In this document: piece by piece, positions 51,835-62,132 of the stretch
Position numbering within the stretch: position 1 is the stretch's first letter
Layout of the letters: each line of letters starts with the position of its first letter
Source: an uncultured Pseudomonadota bacterium
GTDB lineage: Bacteria > Pseudomonadota > Alphaproteobacteria > JACZXZ01
DNA: 64,000 nucleotides
NCBI GenBank assembly: GCA_963749075.1
Contig: CAVVLJ010000004.1
Location: 128,001-192,000, forward strand
Direction of reading: 5' to 3'
The notes under the pieces: generated by a model
Told to the model about the DNA's origin: nothing
The model's database searches: none
The model's input: only the letters and a program-made list of their open reading frames with translations
Position numbers and translations under genes: made by a program

Positions 51835-54204
51835 ATGGACGTTCCCTATAAGGTCGAAGACTTGAGCCTGACGAAGTTCGGCATCGGCCAGCCGGTGCCG
51901 CGCAGCGAGGATCCCTATCTCCTGCGCGGCGAGGGCCGCTACACCGACGACGTGAAGCTCGCCGGTCAGGCCTATGCCGTCATGGTGCGGAGCCGCTATG
52001 CCCACGGCATCCTCCGCGGCATCGATGCGGGCGCAGCACTCGCCTTGCCGGGCGTGCTCGCCGTGCTCACCTCGGCCGACCTCGAGGCGGGCGGCTACGG
52101 CACGCTTAAATGCATGATCCCGGCAACCAACCGCGACGGCACGCCGATGCGCCAGCCCACTTGGCCCGCGCTCGCCACCGACCGCGTGCGCTATCTCGGC
52201 GACGCGGTCGCCTGCGTCGTGGCCGAGAGCCTGGCCGAGGCCAAGGACGCGGCCGAGGCGGTCGAGCTCGATATCGAGGCGCTCCCCGCCGTCACCCGCG
52301 CGAGCGAGGCGGTCAAGCCCGGCGCACCCCAGCTCTACGACGAGGTGCCGCAGAACATAGCAGCCGACTTCCATTTCGGCGACGCCGGGAAAGTGGCCGA
52401 GGCCTTCAAGAGTGCTGCGCACGTGACGCGCCTCGAGCTCGACAACAACCGCGTCGTCGTCTGCGCCATGGAGCCGCGCTCGGCCCTCGCCCAATACGAC
52501 GCCGAGGCGGACAAGTGGACGCTGCATGCCGGCAGCCAGGGCGTCTTCGGCCTGCGCGGCCAGATCGCCAGGGACATCCTCAAGGTGCCGCCGGAGAAGG
52601 TGCGCGTGCTCACCGGCAACGTGGGCGGCTCTTTCGGCATGAAGGCGCCGGTGTTCCCGGAATACGTCTGTCTCTTCCACGCAGCACGCCTGCTCGGCCG
52701 CCCGGTCAAGTGGACGGACGAGCGCTCGGAGAGCTTCCTCTCCGACACCCACGGCCGCGACCACGAGTATTTGGCCGAGCTGGCGCTCGACGAGGAGGGC
52801 CGCTTCTTAGCACTGCGCATCACCGGCTTCGGCAATCTCGGCGGCCGTCTGGCGCACGTGTCGCCCCTCATGCCGACGATGAACGTGACCAAGAACGCCA
52901 TCGGCGTCTACCGCACGCCGCTCGTCGAGACCTCGACCAGGCTCGTCTTCACCAACACCGTGCCGATCAACGCCTATCGCGGCGCCGGCCGGCCCGAGGG
53001 CAACTACGTGATGGAGCGCCTCGTCGAGACGGCGGCGCGCGAGATGGGCATCGATCCGGTGGAGCTGCGCCGGCGCAACCACGTGCGGCCCGAGGAGATG
53101 CCCTACAAGACGCCGGCCGCCACCACCTACGACAGCGGCGACTTCACGCGCCTCATGGAGGAGGCGCTCGCCAAGGCGGATTGGGCGGGCTTCGCCATGC
53201 GCAAGAAAGCGAGCGCTGCCAAGGGCCTCCTGCGCGGCCGCGGCATGGGCAACTACCTCGAGGTGACCGCACCTCCCATGAAGGAGATGGGCGGCATCCG
53301 CTTCGAGGCCAACGGCACGGTCACCATCATCACCGGCACGCTCGATTACGGCCAGGGCCATGCCTCGCCCTTCGCGCAGATCCTGCACGAGAAGCTCGGC
53401 GTGCCCTTCGAGCGCATCCGCCTCCTCCAGGGCGACAGCGACGAGCTCATCGCCGGCGGCGGCACGGGCGGCTCCAAATCGGTCATGGCGAGCGGCTCGG
53501 CGATCGTCGAGGCGAGCCAGAAGGTGATCGAGCAGGGCCGCCAGATCGCCTCGGCGGTGCTCGAGGCGGCTGCCGCGGATATCGAGTTCTCCCAAGGCCG
53601 CTTCTCGATCGTCGGCACCGATCGCGGCATCGGCATCATGGAGCTTAGCGAGAAGCTGCGCCAGGGCGTCAAGCTGCCGCCCGAGACGCCGGCGACGCTC
53701 GACGTGAAGCACGTCTTCGAGCTCGCCCCCTCCGCCTATCCCAACGGCTGCCACATCGCCGAGGTCGAGATCGACCCCTTGACCGGCGTGGCCGCGGTCG
53801 TGAAGTACGTGATGGTCAACGACTTCGGCGTGCTCGTGAACCCGCTCCTCGTCGAGGGCCAGCTCCACGGCGGCGTGGTGCAGGGCATCGGCCAGGCGCT
53901 CATGGAGCGCACGGTCTACGACGCGGACGGCCAGCTCCTCTCCGGCTCCTACATGGACTACGCGCTGCCGCGCGCACCCGACCTGCCGAGCTTCGCCTTC
54001 TTCAGCCATCCGGTGCCGGCCAAGACCAATCTCCTCGGCGCCAAAGGCTGCGGCGAGGCCGGCTGCGCCGGCTCGCTGCCGGCGGTGATGAACGCGGTGG
54101 TCGACGCGCTCTCCGAGCTCGGCATCGCGCACATCGACATGCCGGCGACGCCGCTCGCCATCTGGGAGGCCATCGACAAGGCGCGGAAGAGGAGTGCTGC
54201 CTAG
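51835..54204 (+). CDS. Xanthine dehydrogenase family molybdopterin-binding subunit (CoxL form II-like)
   Basis: RSED..L.GEGRYTDD, VGGSFGMK, AYRGAGRPE, GQGH, QLHGGVVQGIGQAL, KGCGEAG. Confidence 0.92.
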   Translation: MDVPYKVEDLSLTKFGIGQPVPRSEDPYLLRGEGRYTDDVKLAGQAYAVMVRSRYAHGILRGIDAGAALALPGVLAVLTSADLEAGGYGTLKCMIPATNRDGTPMRQPTWPALATDRVRYLGDAVACVVAESLAEAKDAAEAVELDIEALPAVTRASEAVKPGAPQLYDEVPQNIAADFHFGDAGKVAEAFKSAAHVTRLELDNNRVVVCAMEPRSALAQYDAEADKWTLHAGSQGVFGLRGQIARDILKVPPEKVRVLTGNVGGSFGMKAPVFPEYVCLFHAARLLGRPVKWTDERSESFLSDTHGRDHEYLAELALDEEGRFLALRITGFGNLGGRLAHVSPLMPTMNVTKNAIGVYRTPLVETSTRLVFTNTVPINAYRGAGRPEGNYVMERLVETAAREMGIDPVELRRRNHVRPEEMPYKTPAATTYDSGDFTRLMEEALAKADWAGFAMRKKASAAKGLLRGRGMGNYLEVTAPPMKEMGGIRFEANGTVTIITGTLDYGQGHASPFAQILHEKLGVPFERIRLLQGDSDELIAGGGTGGSKSVMASGSAIVEASQKVIEQGRQIASAVLEAAAADIEFSQGRFSIVGTDRGIGIMELSEKLRQGVKLPPETPATLDVKHVFELAPSAYPNGCHIAEVEIDPLTGVAAVVKYVMVNDFGVLVNPLLVEGQLHGGVVQGIGQALMERTVYDADGQLLSGSYMDYALPRAPDLPSFAFFSHPVPAKTNLLGAKGCGEAGCAGSLPAVMNAVVDALSELGIAHIDMPATPLAIWEAIDKARKRSAA

Positions 54205-54335
54205 CGCCGGCCGCCGAGGCATGATTGGCTCTCGCAGGCGGGCGGGCTATAAGATGCCCCGTCGCCGGCGCCGAGGACGCGAGGCACGGCTTGGGGATCG
54301 GCTGCGCCGCGAAAGGCCGACGGAATGCCGGTGCC

Positions 54336-55007
54336 ATGAGCGAGGGGCAAGCGAAATACCGCGTGGTGCGCGTCTGGGACGCGCCCACGCGGCTGTTCCA
54401 CTGGTGTGCCGCAGCACTGGTGGTGGCGCTCTACCTCACGTGGCGCCTCGATGCGATGCGCTGGCACGAGCTGGCAGGTTATGCGCTCCTCGCGCTGCTG
54501 CTCTTCCGTCTGCTCTGGGGCATCCTTGGCAGCGATAGCGCGCGCTTCGCCCGCTTCCTTGCCTCGCCGCGTGCGGCACTCCGGCATCTCCGGCACTTCT
54601 TCCGGCGCGAGCCGGACGCCGAGGTAGGCCACAACGCGGCCGGCGGCTGGATGGTGCTGGCAATGCTCGCGCTCTTGCTCGGAGAGACGCTCACGGGCCT
54701 CTTCGTCGACAACGACGTGGCGAACGAGGGGCCGCTCACGGAAGTCGTCTCCGCCGGCTTCTCCAACCTGATGACCGACCTGCACGAGATTCTGTGGGAC
54801 GCGCTGCTGGCGGCCATTGCGCTGCACCTGCTCGCCGTCCTCGCCTATGGCGTGGTCAAGCGCCACCATTTGGCGCGCGCGATGATCACGGGGCGCAAGC
54901 GGCTCCCCGCCGAGGTGCCGGCGCCGCGCCTTGCCTCCCCGTTGCTGGCCGCACTGCTCTTCGCCTGCGCCGCCGCTGCCGCGGCGCTCATCTCAGCCTG
55001 GCTTTGA
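54336..55007 (+). CDS. Cytochrome b/b6-domain protein (Ni/Fe-hydrogenase b-type-like)
   Basis: VWDAPTRLFHW, WH..AGY, GHNAAGG, LHE, LHL..V, AMITG. Confidence 0.88.
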   Translation: MSEGQAKYRVVRVWDAPTRLFHWCAAALVVALYLTWRLDAMRWHELAGYALLALLLFRLLWGILGSDSARFARFLASPRAALRHLRHFFRREPDAEVGHNAAGGWMVLAMLALLLGETLTGLFVDNDVANEGPLTEVVSAGFSNLMTDLHEILWDALLAAIALHLLAVLAYGVVKRHHLARAMITGRKRLPAEVPAPRLASPLLAALLFACAAAAAALISAWL

Positions 55008-55031
55008 GCCTCGTCGGCGGGTTGCGCCGCC

Positions 55032-55493
55032 TCAGCTCTTGGGCGGCATCACCTGGCCGCGAATCTCGCCGGGCGGATGGTCTTTGGTATGCACGTTGAT
55101 ATACCAGTCGCCGGCCATGAACTGCTGGGCCTGCTCCGGCGTGAGCGTGGCCTCTCCCGTGATCGGGCTTGTCACGTCGCTGCCCTTCTTGCTGATCCAG
55201 ATGATCACCGGACCGTTCTTGCCGGCAGCTGCCGGGCCATGGAAATGCGCCATGGTGACGGGCCCCGAGAGCCCGGAATAGGTGACGGACCAAGTCAGCA
55301 TGTGGGTCGCGGGGTCGTAGCTGAGGTTGGCGGTCCCCGTGCCCGGGGTCGTCACCGGCGGGACCTGCGCGGCACCGGACAGCGCAACCGTGAACTTCAT
55401 GCTGTCGGCCATGCCGCTCGAGATGGTGGCGAAGGTCAGTGCCGCCGCGGCGGCCACCGTCCATAATGCTCTGCGCGTGAGTGCGGACATCAT
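55032..55493 (-). CDS. CHRD-domain secreted protein
   Basis: LSGAAQVPPV, SGLSGPVTMAHFHGPA, YINVHT..HP.GEIRGQ. Confidence 0.92.
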   Translation of the reverse strand: MMSALTRRALWTVAAAAALTFATISSGMADSMKFTVALSGAAQVPPVTTPGTGTANLSYDPATHMLTWSVTYSGLSGPVTMAHFHGPAAAGKNGPVIIWISKKGSDVTSPITGEATLTPEQAQQFMAGDWYINVHTKDHPPGEIRGQVMPPKS

Positions 55494-55915
55494 GTCCTCC
55501 CTTGTTGGCTCGGTCGTCGGCTGCCGTCGGCCACGCCGCCGTTCCGCCAGGCAATCCTACGGCATCGCAACGGATGGCGCATTATTCGCGCGCGCACGAT
55601 ACGGGTCCAGGACGGCACCGGTCCATCCCCATCACATTCCCGTGATTTTCGCCGCTTGCCGGCGCGAAAAGCGCCCGGGTTCCTCGCCATCCGCCACATC
55701 CGATGCCGGCAGCTACCCGGAGCGCATCCGGCGCGCGATCAGGGAGGCCAGGGCTGCGGACAGTGAGTGCCTAGTGGCGTGCTCCGGTTGACCCTCCGTG
55801 CCGAATGGATGGATGACCCGAGCATCAGAGACCGAAGTCGAAACCTCCTTATCAGCAATTCGACCACCGTATTCGGCACTTCGTAATTATGGGGGCGGAG
55901 CATAAGCAATCTATG

Positions 55916-58900
55916 CTAAACCTCGTCTTCATCGTCTTCCTCACCCCATTTCGCTTTATCTTCCCAGAGGTGGCCTTGTTCCTTCGGTGGAGGCCCAGAT
56001 GCAGCCGGTTTTTCCTCCGTTTGGTCTGGCTGTGGCAACTCGTGGGCCTTAAAGCATGGCCCTGACACGACTGTTTCAAGAGCGGCAGCAAGGCCTGGTT
56101 CCATGGCGAGCGTCGCCTCAAGAACCCAAAGAAGTTCGAGCAAATCGTCCGTCATGGCTGGCGTCCACGCCTTCGGCCGCACATCGTCAAGCGGCGACGA
56201 TTTCTTGCCAGCCCGATTCCGCATCCTATAGCTGAGCCAGGAGGGTACAACCTGAAGACCGGAGACTTCGTATGCATAAACGTCGGCTGTGACCGGGCCA
56301 AAGCGACCCGCTCCCACGCGCAGCTCCTTCGATATCGGGCGGTATTCAAAGTTCTCGGGATAACCATCCTCGGTATGCGGAACAGCTGCGAGGCACTTCG
56401 CGGAGCCCGCGGGTGTAGCTTTGGGACGTTTCGCAGGACTCATTCGCTCGCCGTAGGTATGTATCCATAGAAGCTTCCGGCCCAGCGCGGCTGTCGTAAA
56501 AAATAATTTTTCCCGTTTCGTTATCGGAACACGTGGGGCGGGAGTCGCCAGTTCCTCCCAAAACCGTTTTGTGTATGAAAGGCCGCCGAGGAGAGCATAG
56601 ACATAAGCCAGCAGGTCTTCGGCCAGCACTATTTTCTTATATGCGTTCGCTAAAAACCTAAGTAACCCGCCAGTGACGTTCGGGTCTTTGGCGCCCCGGT
56701 CGCGCCAAAGCGGGATCACATCCTTCCCCCCAAACGAGCCGCGGAAGTGGTGGAGATCCGGGATGGAGGCCGCGGCAGTAAGCGCCGGCCCCCTTCCAAG
56801 GGGAAATGCTAAAAGTGACGTGAGATATATCTGCTTATTCCCCGAGCAGCGAAATAGCTCTGGGCGAAGGCGATCGCCTAAGCGAAAGTCGTATACACAG
56901 TACTGGCGGTCGAACGATCGAAATGCATAGCGCGATGGGCGGGGGCACTTGCTGTGCGCCTTCTCTAAATGGATCGGCGGATGGCCGCTTCCAGGCAGAT
57001 TTCCACCGACTACGTACGAAATTCCACGGTCTGGTGTCTCCCTAAATAGCTGCTTCCGGCGTTCCAGGGGCGCGGACACAAGTTGTGTCCATCGGCGTTC
57101 CAAAACGTCGGGGGTTTCGGCGATGGGCCAGCTTCGCTTGAATTGAGCCCCCGAGTGTTGCCAAGGAAACAACGTCGTAATCTCGGGCCATGAAAAAAAG
57201 TCGCCTTTGCCTTCGGGGAGAAACGGCTTTTGCCAGCCTGCGGGGCAAGGATGCCATTGCAGATCGGCGAACCGAGAAACTGACGCAAGTCGGGCGAGTT
57301 TCTCCCGCCGTGTTCCGTCGATCTTGGTGTATCGTACCGTTGCCGGCGTTTCCGGCGACGAACTTGGGCCGCGCATGCCAATCGCAATGGCCACCGGGGT
57401 CTGAATGTTAAAGACGTTTTCGCTCTTACGCGTTCCGAGATTGTCGCCGCCCAAATCAATAATCCATAGCTCGTCGAGGATTCGGCGCATCACTTCGCGC
57501 ATGCCGACAAAGCCCGGGCCGGAGAGATAGCTTGATGCGGTAATAAACGTGACGATGCCCCCGCCCTGCTGATGCTCGAACATTCGCCATAAGGCCCAAC
57601 GCCAGAAGTAGACGTAATCGTTGTAAACGTTCTTCAAGTGCACGCCTGCGCCCGAATTCCGGGCCGGCTCTAAGAAATCCTCGAAGATTGGGCGCTCCTT
57701 GGTGGGCTCGCCCACCTTGCCCTGCCCGTGGTCGGCATACCGGACCCACCCGCCTTTTCTATGCGTCAGGAGGTCGCCCTCCTCGATCTGCTGCCGGTCA
57801 TACGGGGGATTGCCCAGGCAAACGAGAATTTTTCCCAATTCCTTGAGCCGTCGCGCCGCCTCGCGTTCATCCGTAAGCTTGCGATGCGTGAGGTCAAGGC
57901 CGCCCGGAGGGGTGGTGAAGGGGCTCGCCAGCGTATCGGCCAAATAAATCCGCACTCGGCCGTGAGGCAGAGTGCCCCCTTCGCCTTCAATCGTCTTCGC
58001 GAGCCGAAGATGCGCCACTGCATACGGACCAACGAGAATCTCGAAGCCGTACATGTTTTGCGCGAGTTGGCTCGCACGCCCAGGAACGGCACCTTTCCCG
58101 GATCGCTTTTTCACGCGATCCAGGGCGTGAAGCGCGGCCACAAGCAGGTAGGTCCCTGTACCGACCGCCGGATCGAGGAACACGACGCCGTCATCCGCGA
58201 ACGAGAACCTCTTAGCAAAGCGCATCTCGAGCAATTGCGAAGCGAGTTCCACCTGCGCCGTCACGACCTCGCGTGGCGTGTAATAGACCCCGTAATCCCT
58301 TCTTAGTTTCGGGTCATAGGCAGCAAGGAAATCTTCGTAAAAGTAAAGCCATAAATCAGGCTTATTCTTCTGAAAATCATGAGGATCCAGCTCTGTAAGC
58401 GAGCGCTGAAGCAACTCGAAACCGACGCGTAACTCCTCGCGTGCCTCATCCTGTCCCAGAAGCTTCAAAGTCTGTGCGAGGAGCCCATTACCGGCGTCGA
58501 GCGTCTTTGCCGCCCTTTCGGGGCTCAGATCTGTCGCGCCATCGAGCCGTGCCAGGAGAAGGGCATAGGTGACCGTTTGCGTATAAGCGTCGGCAAACTG
58601 ATTGTCGTCTGCTTCTGGGAAGAAGAAGTTCCTCCATTCTGTGGCCAGCCGATCAACCGCCGACCCTTCCTTTTTCAAAGCAAGTAATATTTCCTCGCGG
58701 AGATAACGGGCAAGCGGCGCGAGATATTTGGCGAGTTCGTCTGGTTTGTGCGGAACTATCGGCTGCCAAAACAAAAAGTCGCGGATGAGACTCTCGAAGT
58801 CGCGACTGTCCCGTGCGTCGACCGCATCCTCGCCCTCGTCGGTTGGGTCGCCGCGAAAATGGACTGGCGTGCCGAGTCGCTCTCCAGTCCGGTAGAGCGA

Positions 58901-59275
58901 CCATTCGCGTCCATCCGAATAAATCAGATTGGGGAGGCTCTTGAGCTTGGACCACTGTGCCTTGTCGTGATCGCTCCTGAACTTCGTGGGATCAGCTCCA
59001 GCGCCGGGCTGCTTCAATTCGATATAGCCGCATATAAGGCCGCCAACGTAGACGGCGATGTCGGGACGCAAGCCGAGCTTAGAAAGTTGAGCCTCTGTCT
59101 GCGCATCTACCCGCTTTTTGAGCGTCGTCCCGACTGCCTTGAGAAGATGTTCGATCGGAGTTTTGAGCTGGTCCTCAGGGCTTGCCAGTCCGCTCAAGCC
59201 GAATTTCTCCTTTAACTCGGCGGCGAATTTCCGCAGGAGTCCGTGGGTTGTGCTCGATAAAATCTTTGCTTGCAA
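55916..59275 (-). CDS. Single-polypeptide restriction-modification enzyme: PD-(D/E)XK nuclease + m6A methyltransferase + Type ISP-like specificity domain, no helicase
   Basis: RPDI..GYIELK; YFYEDFLAAYDP.LR...GVYYTP; DPAVGTGT; GNPPY; YAFRSFDRQY; lower GC than the flanks. Confidence 0.85.
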   Translation of the reverse strand: MQAKILSSTTHGLLRKFAAELKEKFGLSGLASPEDQLKTPIEHLLKAVGTTLKKRVDAQTEAQLSKLGLRPDIAVYVGGLICGYIELKQPGAGADPTKFRSDHDKAQWSKLKSLPNLIYSDGREWSLYRTGERLGTPVHFRGDPTDEGEDAVDARDSRDFESLIRDFLFWQPIVPHKPDELAKYLAPLARYLREEILLALKKEGSAVDRLATEWRNFFFPEADDNQFADAYTQTVTYALLLARLDGATDLSPERAAKTLDAGNGLLAQTLKLLGQDEAREELRVGFELLQRSLTELDPHDFQKNKPDLWLYFYEDFLAAYDPKLRRDYGVYYTPREVVTAQVELASQLLEMRFAKRFSFADDGVVFLDPAVGTGTYLLVAALHALDRVKKRSGKGAVPGRASQLAQNMYGFEILVGPYAVAHLRLAKTIEGEGGTLPHGRVRIYLADTLASPFTTPPGGLDLTHRKLTDEREAARRLKELGKILVCLGNPPYDRQQIEEGDLLTHRKGGWVRYADHGQGKVGEPTKERPIFEDFLEPARNSGAGVHLKNVYNDYVYFWRWALWRMFEHQQGGGIVTFITASSYLSGPGFVGMREVMRRILDELWIIDLGGDNLGTRKSENVFNIQTPVAIAIGMRGPSSSPETPATVRYTKIDGTRREKLARLASVSRFADLQWHPCPAGWQKPFLPEGKGDFFSWPEITTLFPWQHSGAQFKRSWPIAETPDVLERRWTQLVSAPLERRKQLFRETPDRGISYVVGGNLPGSGHPPIHLEKAHSKCPRPSRYAFRSFDRQYCVYDFRLGDRLRPELFRCSGNKQIYLTSLLAFPLGRGPALTAAASIPDLHHFRGSFGGKDVIPLWRDRGAKDPNVTGGLLRFLANAYKKIVLAEDLLAYVYALLGGLSYTKRFWEELATPAPRVPITKREKLFFTTAALGRKLLWIHTYGERMSPAKRPKATPAGSAKCLAAVPHTEDGYPENFEYRPISKELRVGAGRFGPVTADVYAYEVSGLQVVPSWLSYRMRNRAGKKSSPLDDVRPKAWTPAMTDDLLELLWVLEATLAMEPGLAAALETVVSGPCFKAHELPQPDQTEEKPAASGPPPKEQGHLWEDKAKWGEEDDEDEV

Positions 59276-60000
59276 CGGATCAGCCCATCAAGTTTGGCGT
59301 AAAGAGTGCCCGTGATGAGGACACGGTGCGAGCGTTGTCTCGCGTCGTCATCGCTCCCGTCGATGTGCAAACTGCAGCATTGGGCGCGGATAATGGATGC
59401 CAACCGAGTTGCACAATGACCCGACGACAGAGCGTTTTCCAGCCTAACGGCGGTGCCTTAAATAGTCGCTCAGAGATTTTGCTCCAGCGCAATCGAGCAG
59501 GGTCTCTAACTTCGTGTCGCCACGTACGTCTGAGGCAAAATCCGCGCCGTAGGTTTGCCGAAGTGTATGTACGCGGGTGCTTCCGTTCTTGCGGCGGATC
59601 TCACCGTTCCTGTCGCGGCAACGATCATCGAGGCCTGCATGACAAGACCTGTTGCTCATAGTTGTTCCCTTTATATCCTTGCGATGTTCACGGTATTTTG
59701 CTCGCGCGGATAAGCCCCGTCAACCCAGTATTTTGCGATATTGCGCGGCCCTACCGGCAATTTATATACAAGAAATTGATTTTCGAAGCTTGGCGGCACT
59801 CGCGACCTCCGTTCCTCGGATATTTTTGGAGAGATCGGTTGAGCCGCGACGCGGTTTAACCGCACGAGCGGTCAAGAGGGCGCGCGAGGCGCGCACGGCG
59901 AAGGCCGTCCTCGGCGTCACCAACGTGGTGGTCTACGCGCGCTCGCCGCTCGGCATCCGCAACTGAGATCGGCTTTGTGCCTCGGTACCTTCGTGCTTTA

Positions 60001-60039
60001 CTCTTTCGCGATCGCTCCGCATGCGCGGCGGCGAAAGGG
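60001..60039 (+). promoter_or_regulatory. Hairpin occluding the dapA ribosome-binding site
   Basis: CTCTTTCGC (60001-09) pairs with GCGAAAGGG (60031-39); inner CCGC/GCGG stem; ATG at 60048. Confidence 0.5.
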
Positions 60040-60047
60040 GTTGCGCC

Positions 60048-60938
60048 ATGTCCGAGATCTCCGGCGTCTGGCTGCCGGTCATCACGCCCTTCCTCGACGG
60101 CAAGGTCGATCTCGCGAGCTATGAGCGCCTCATCGAGCACTACCTCGCCAAGGGGGTGACCGGCATCTTCCCGCTCGGCACCACGGGCGAGAGCCCGACG
60201 CTCGACGACGACGAGATGGAGGCGATCGTCGAGCGCACGGTGAGTGTGGTAGGAGACCGCGTGCCGGTCTTCGTCGGCGTCGGCGGCAATGCCACCGCCA
60301 AGGTCCTGAAGTCGCTCAAGCGCCTCGAGCGCTATCCCTTTGCCGGCATCGTCTCGGTCTGCCCTTATTACAACCGGCCGGGCCAGGACGGCCTCTATGC
60401 GCATTTCGCGCGCATCGCCGAGGCCACGGCGCGCGAGATCGTCATCTACAACATCCCCTACCGCACCGCCGTCAACCTGGCGAACGAGACGCTCTTGCGC
60501 CTGGCCGAGCTCCCCAACATCGTGGGCGTCAAGGATTCGGCGGGCAGCCTCGCGCAATCGCTCGAGCTCCTGCGCCTCTGCCCGCAAGGCTTCTCGGTGA
60601 TGACGGGCGAGGACGCCTATTTCTACACCATGCTCGCCCATGGCGGCCAAGGCGGCATCCTCGCCTCGGCGCACTTGCGGACAGAGCTCTTCTTGGCCGT
60701 CCATGAGCGCATGGCGGCCAACGACCATCGCGGCGCGCGCGCTCTTTGGCAGCAGGTCGAGACGCTGGTGCCCCTCCTCTTCAAGGAGGCGAACCCGATG
60801 CCGATCAAGCATTGCCTGTGGCGCCGCGGCCTCATCCGCTCGCCCGAGTGCCGCCTGCCGCTCACGCGCATATCCCAGGCGCTCAGCGTGGAGCTCGACC
60901 GGCTCGAGGCGGGTGCCGCCGGGAAGGCCGCAGAATAG
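60048..60938 (+). CDS. dapA: 4-hydroxy-tetrahydrodipicolinate synthase
   Basis: GTTGESPTL, PYYNRP, YNIPYRT, GVKDS, NPMPIK, RLPL. Confidence 0.85.
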   Translation: MSEISGVWLPVITPFLDGKVDLASYERLIEHYLAKGVTGIFPLGTTGESPTLDDDEMEAIVERTVSVVGDRVPVFVGVGGNATAKVLKSLKRLERYPFAGIVSVCPYYNRPGQDGLYAHFARIAEATAREIVIYNIPYRTAVNLANETLLRLAELPNIVGVKDSAGSLAQSLELLRLCPQGFSVMTGEDAYFYTMLAHGGQGGILASAHLRTELFLAVHERMAANDHRGARALWQQVETLVPLLFKEANPMPIKHCLWRRGLIRSPECRLPLTRISQALSVELDRLEAGAAGKAAE

Positions 60939-60971
60939 CCGGCGCGCTCACGTCGCCGGAAGGGAGGAGCC

Positions 60972-61991
60972 ATGCCGAAATTCCGTTGCTCGCTGGCCGC
61001 CGCCGGCGCGCTCATGGCCGTGCTCGCGGCAGCACCGCGCGCAGCACTCGCCGAGGCCGACGAGATCCGCCTCGCCAGGCAATTCTCCATGGGCTACGTG
61101 CAGCTCAACATCCTGCAGCACCGCCAGCTCATCGAGAAGCATGCCAAGGCCCTCGGGCTCGGCGAGGTGAAGACCGTGTGGTCGACCTTCAACGGTCCGG
61201 ATGCCATGAACACGGCGCTCATCTCGGGGAACGTCGACGTGGTCTCGGGCGGCGTGCCGGGGTTGGTGACGCTCTGGGCCAAGACCAAGGGCACGGCGCA
61301 GGAAGTGCGCGGCATCTCGGCGCTGAGCTCGCAGCCCTTCCTCCTCAACACGCGCAATGCCAAGATCAAGACCATCCGCGACTTCAGCGACGCCGACCGC
61401 ATCGCCGTTCCGGCCGTCAAGGTCTCGGTGCAGGCGGTGACGCTCGAGATGGCGGCGGCCCAGGCCTTCGGCAAGGCGAACTACGCCAAGCTCGATTCGC
61501 TCACCGTATCGCTCTCGCCGCCCGATGCGACGATCGGCCTCATCTCCGGCGGCAGCGCCTTCGACAGCGTCTTCAGCGTGCCGCCCTTCCAGTACCAGCA
61601 GCTGCAAACCCCCGGCATCCACACGGTGCTCAACTCCTTCGACGTGCTCGGCGGCTCGCACAGCTTCACCGTGGCCTGGACCTCGCGCAAGTTCCACGAC
61701 GACAATCCCAAGCTCTACAAGGCACTGCTCGACGCCCTCGCCGAGGCGACCGAGATCCTCAATGCCGACAAGCGCGCGGCGGCGGCGCTCTGGATCGAGG
61801 ACTCGAAGTCGAAGCTCCCCCTCGACATGGTGGCGGGCATTCTCTCGGGCGCCCAGGTCAAATGGACGCTCACGCCCGAGCACACCATGAAGTTCGCGGA
61901 CTTCATGCACGAGGTCGGCACCATCAAGGAGGCGCCGCAGTCCTGGAAGGACCTCTTCTTCCCCGAGATCGCCGATCTGCCGGGGAGCTGA
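60972..61991 (+). CDS. NitT/TauT-family ABC substrate-binding protein
   Basis: Signal peptide; LIEKHAKALGL, DRIAVPAVKVSVQA, SVPPFQ, SWKDLFF. Confidence 0.88.
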   Translation: MPKFRCSLAAAGALMAVLAAAPRAALAEADEIRLARQFSMGYVQLNILQHRQLIEKHAKALGLGEVKTVWSTFNGPDAMNTALISGNVDVVSGGVPGLVTLWAKTKGTAQEVRGISALSSQPFLLNTRNAKIKTIRDFSDADRIAVPAVKVSVQAVTLEMAAAQAFGKANYAKLDSLTVSLSPPDATIGLISGGSAFDSVFSVPPFQYQQLQTPGIHTVLNSFDVLGGSHSFTVAWTSRKFHDDNPKLYKALLDALAEATEILNADKRAAAALWIEDSKSKLPLDMVAGILSGAQVKWTLTPEHTMKFADFMHEVGTIKEAPQSWKDLFFPEIADLPGS

Positions 61992-62015
61992 GGCACGGAG
62001 AGGACAAGGAAGCTT

Positions 62016-62104
62016 CAGCGCGGAGGACGCGGAGGATTCGTAGAGGGCGCAGGTCGAATATCATCCTCCGCGACCCCTGCGAAGCCTCCGCGTCCTCCGC
62101 GCTG
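62016..62104. repeat. Long palindrome between convergent genes (REP-like)
   Basis: Perfect 20-bp inverted repeat CAGCGCGGAGGACGCGGAGG / CCTCCGCGTCCTCCGCGCTG. Confidence 0.8.
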
Positions 62105-62132
62105 TCCCTGCCTTCGGCTTTTTGGCCTCCGC

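Noticed and set aside
55870-55900. tRNA-derived att site (CACTTCGTAAT..GGGG) at the R-M islet edge
   Set aside because: Match is too short, with no T-arm and no second copy
59440-59860. Integron attC sites around the R-M gene (GCCTAAC, CTCTAAC)
   Set aside because: No complementary GTTRRRY box at a plausible distance, no hairpin, no integrase
59700-60047. Lysine riboswitch upstream of dapA
   Set aside because: No recognisable AGAGGNGC/P1-P5 architecture by eye; an Infernal search would settle it
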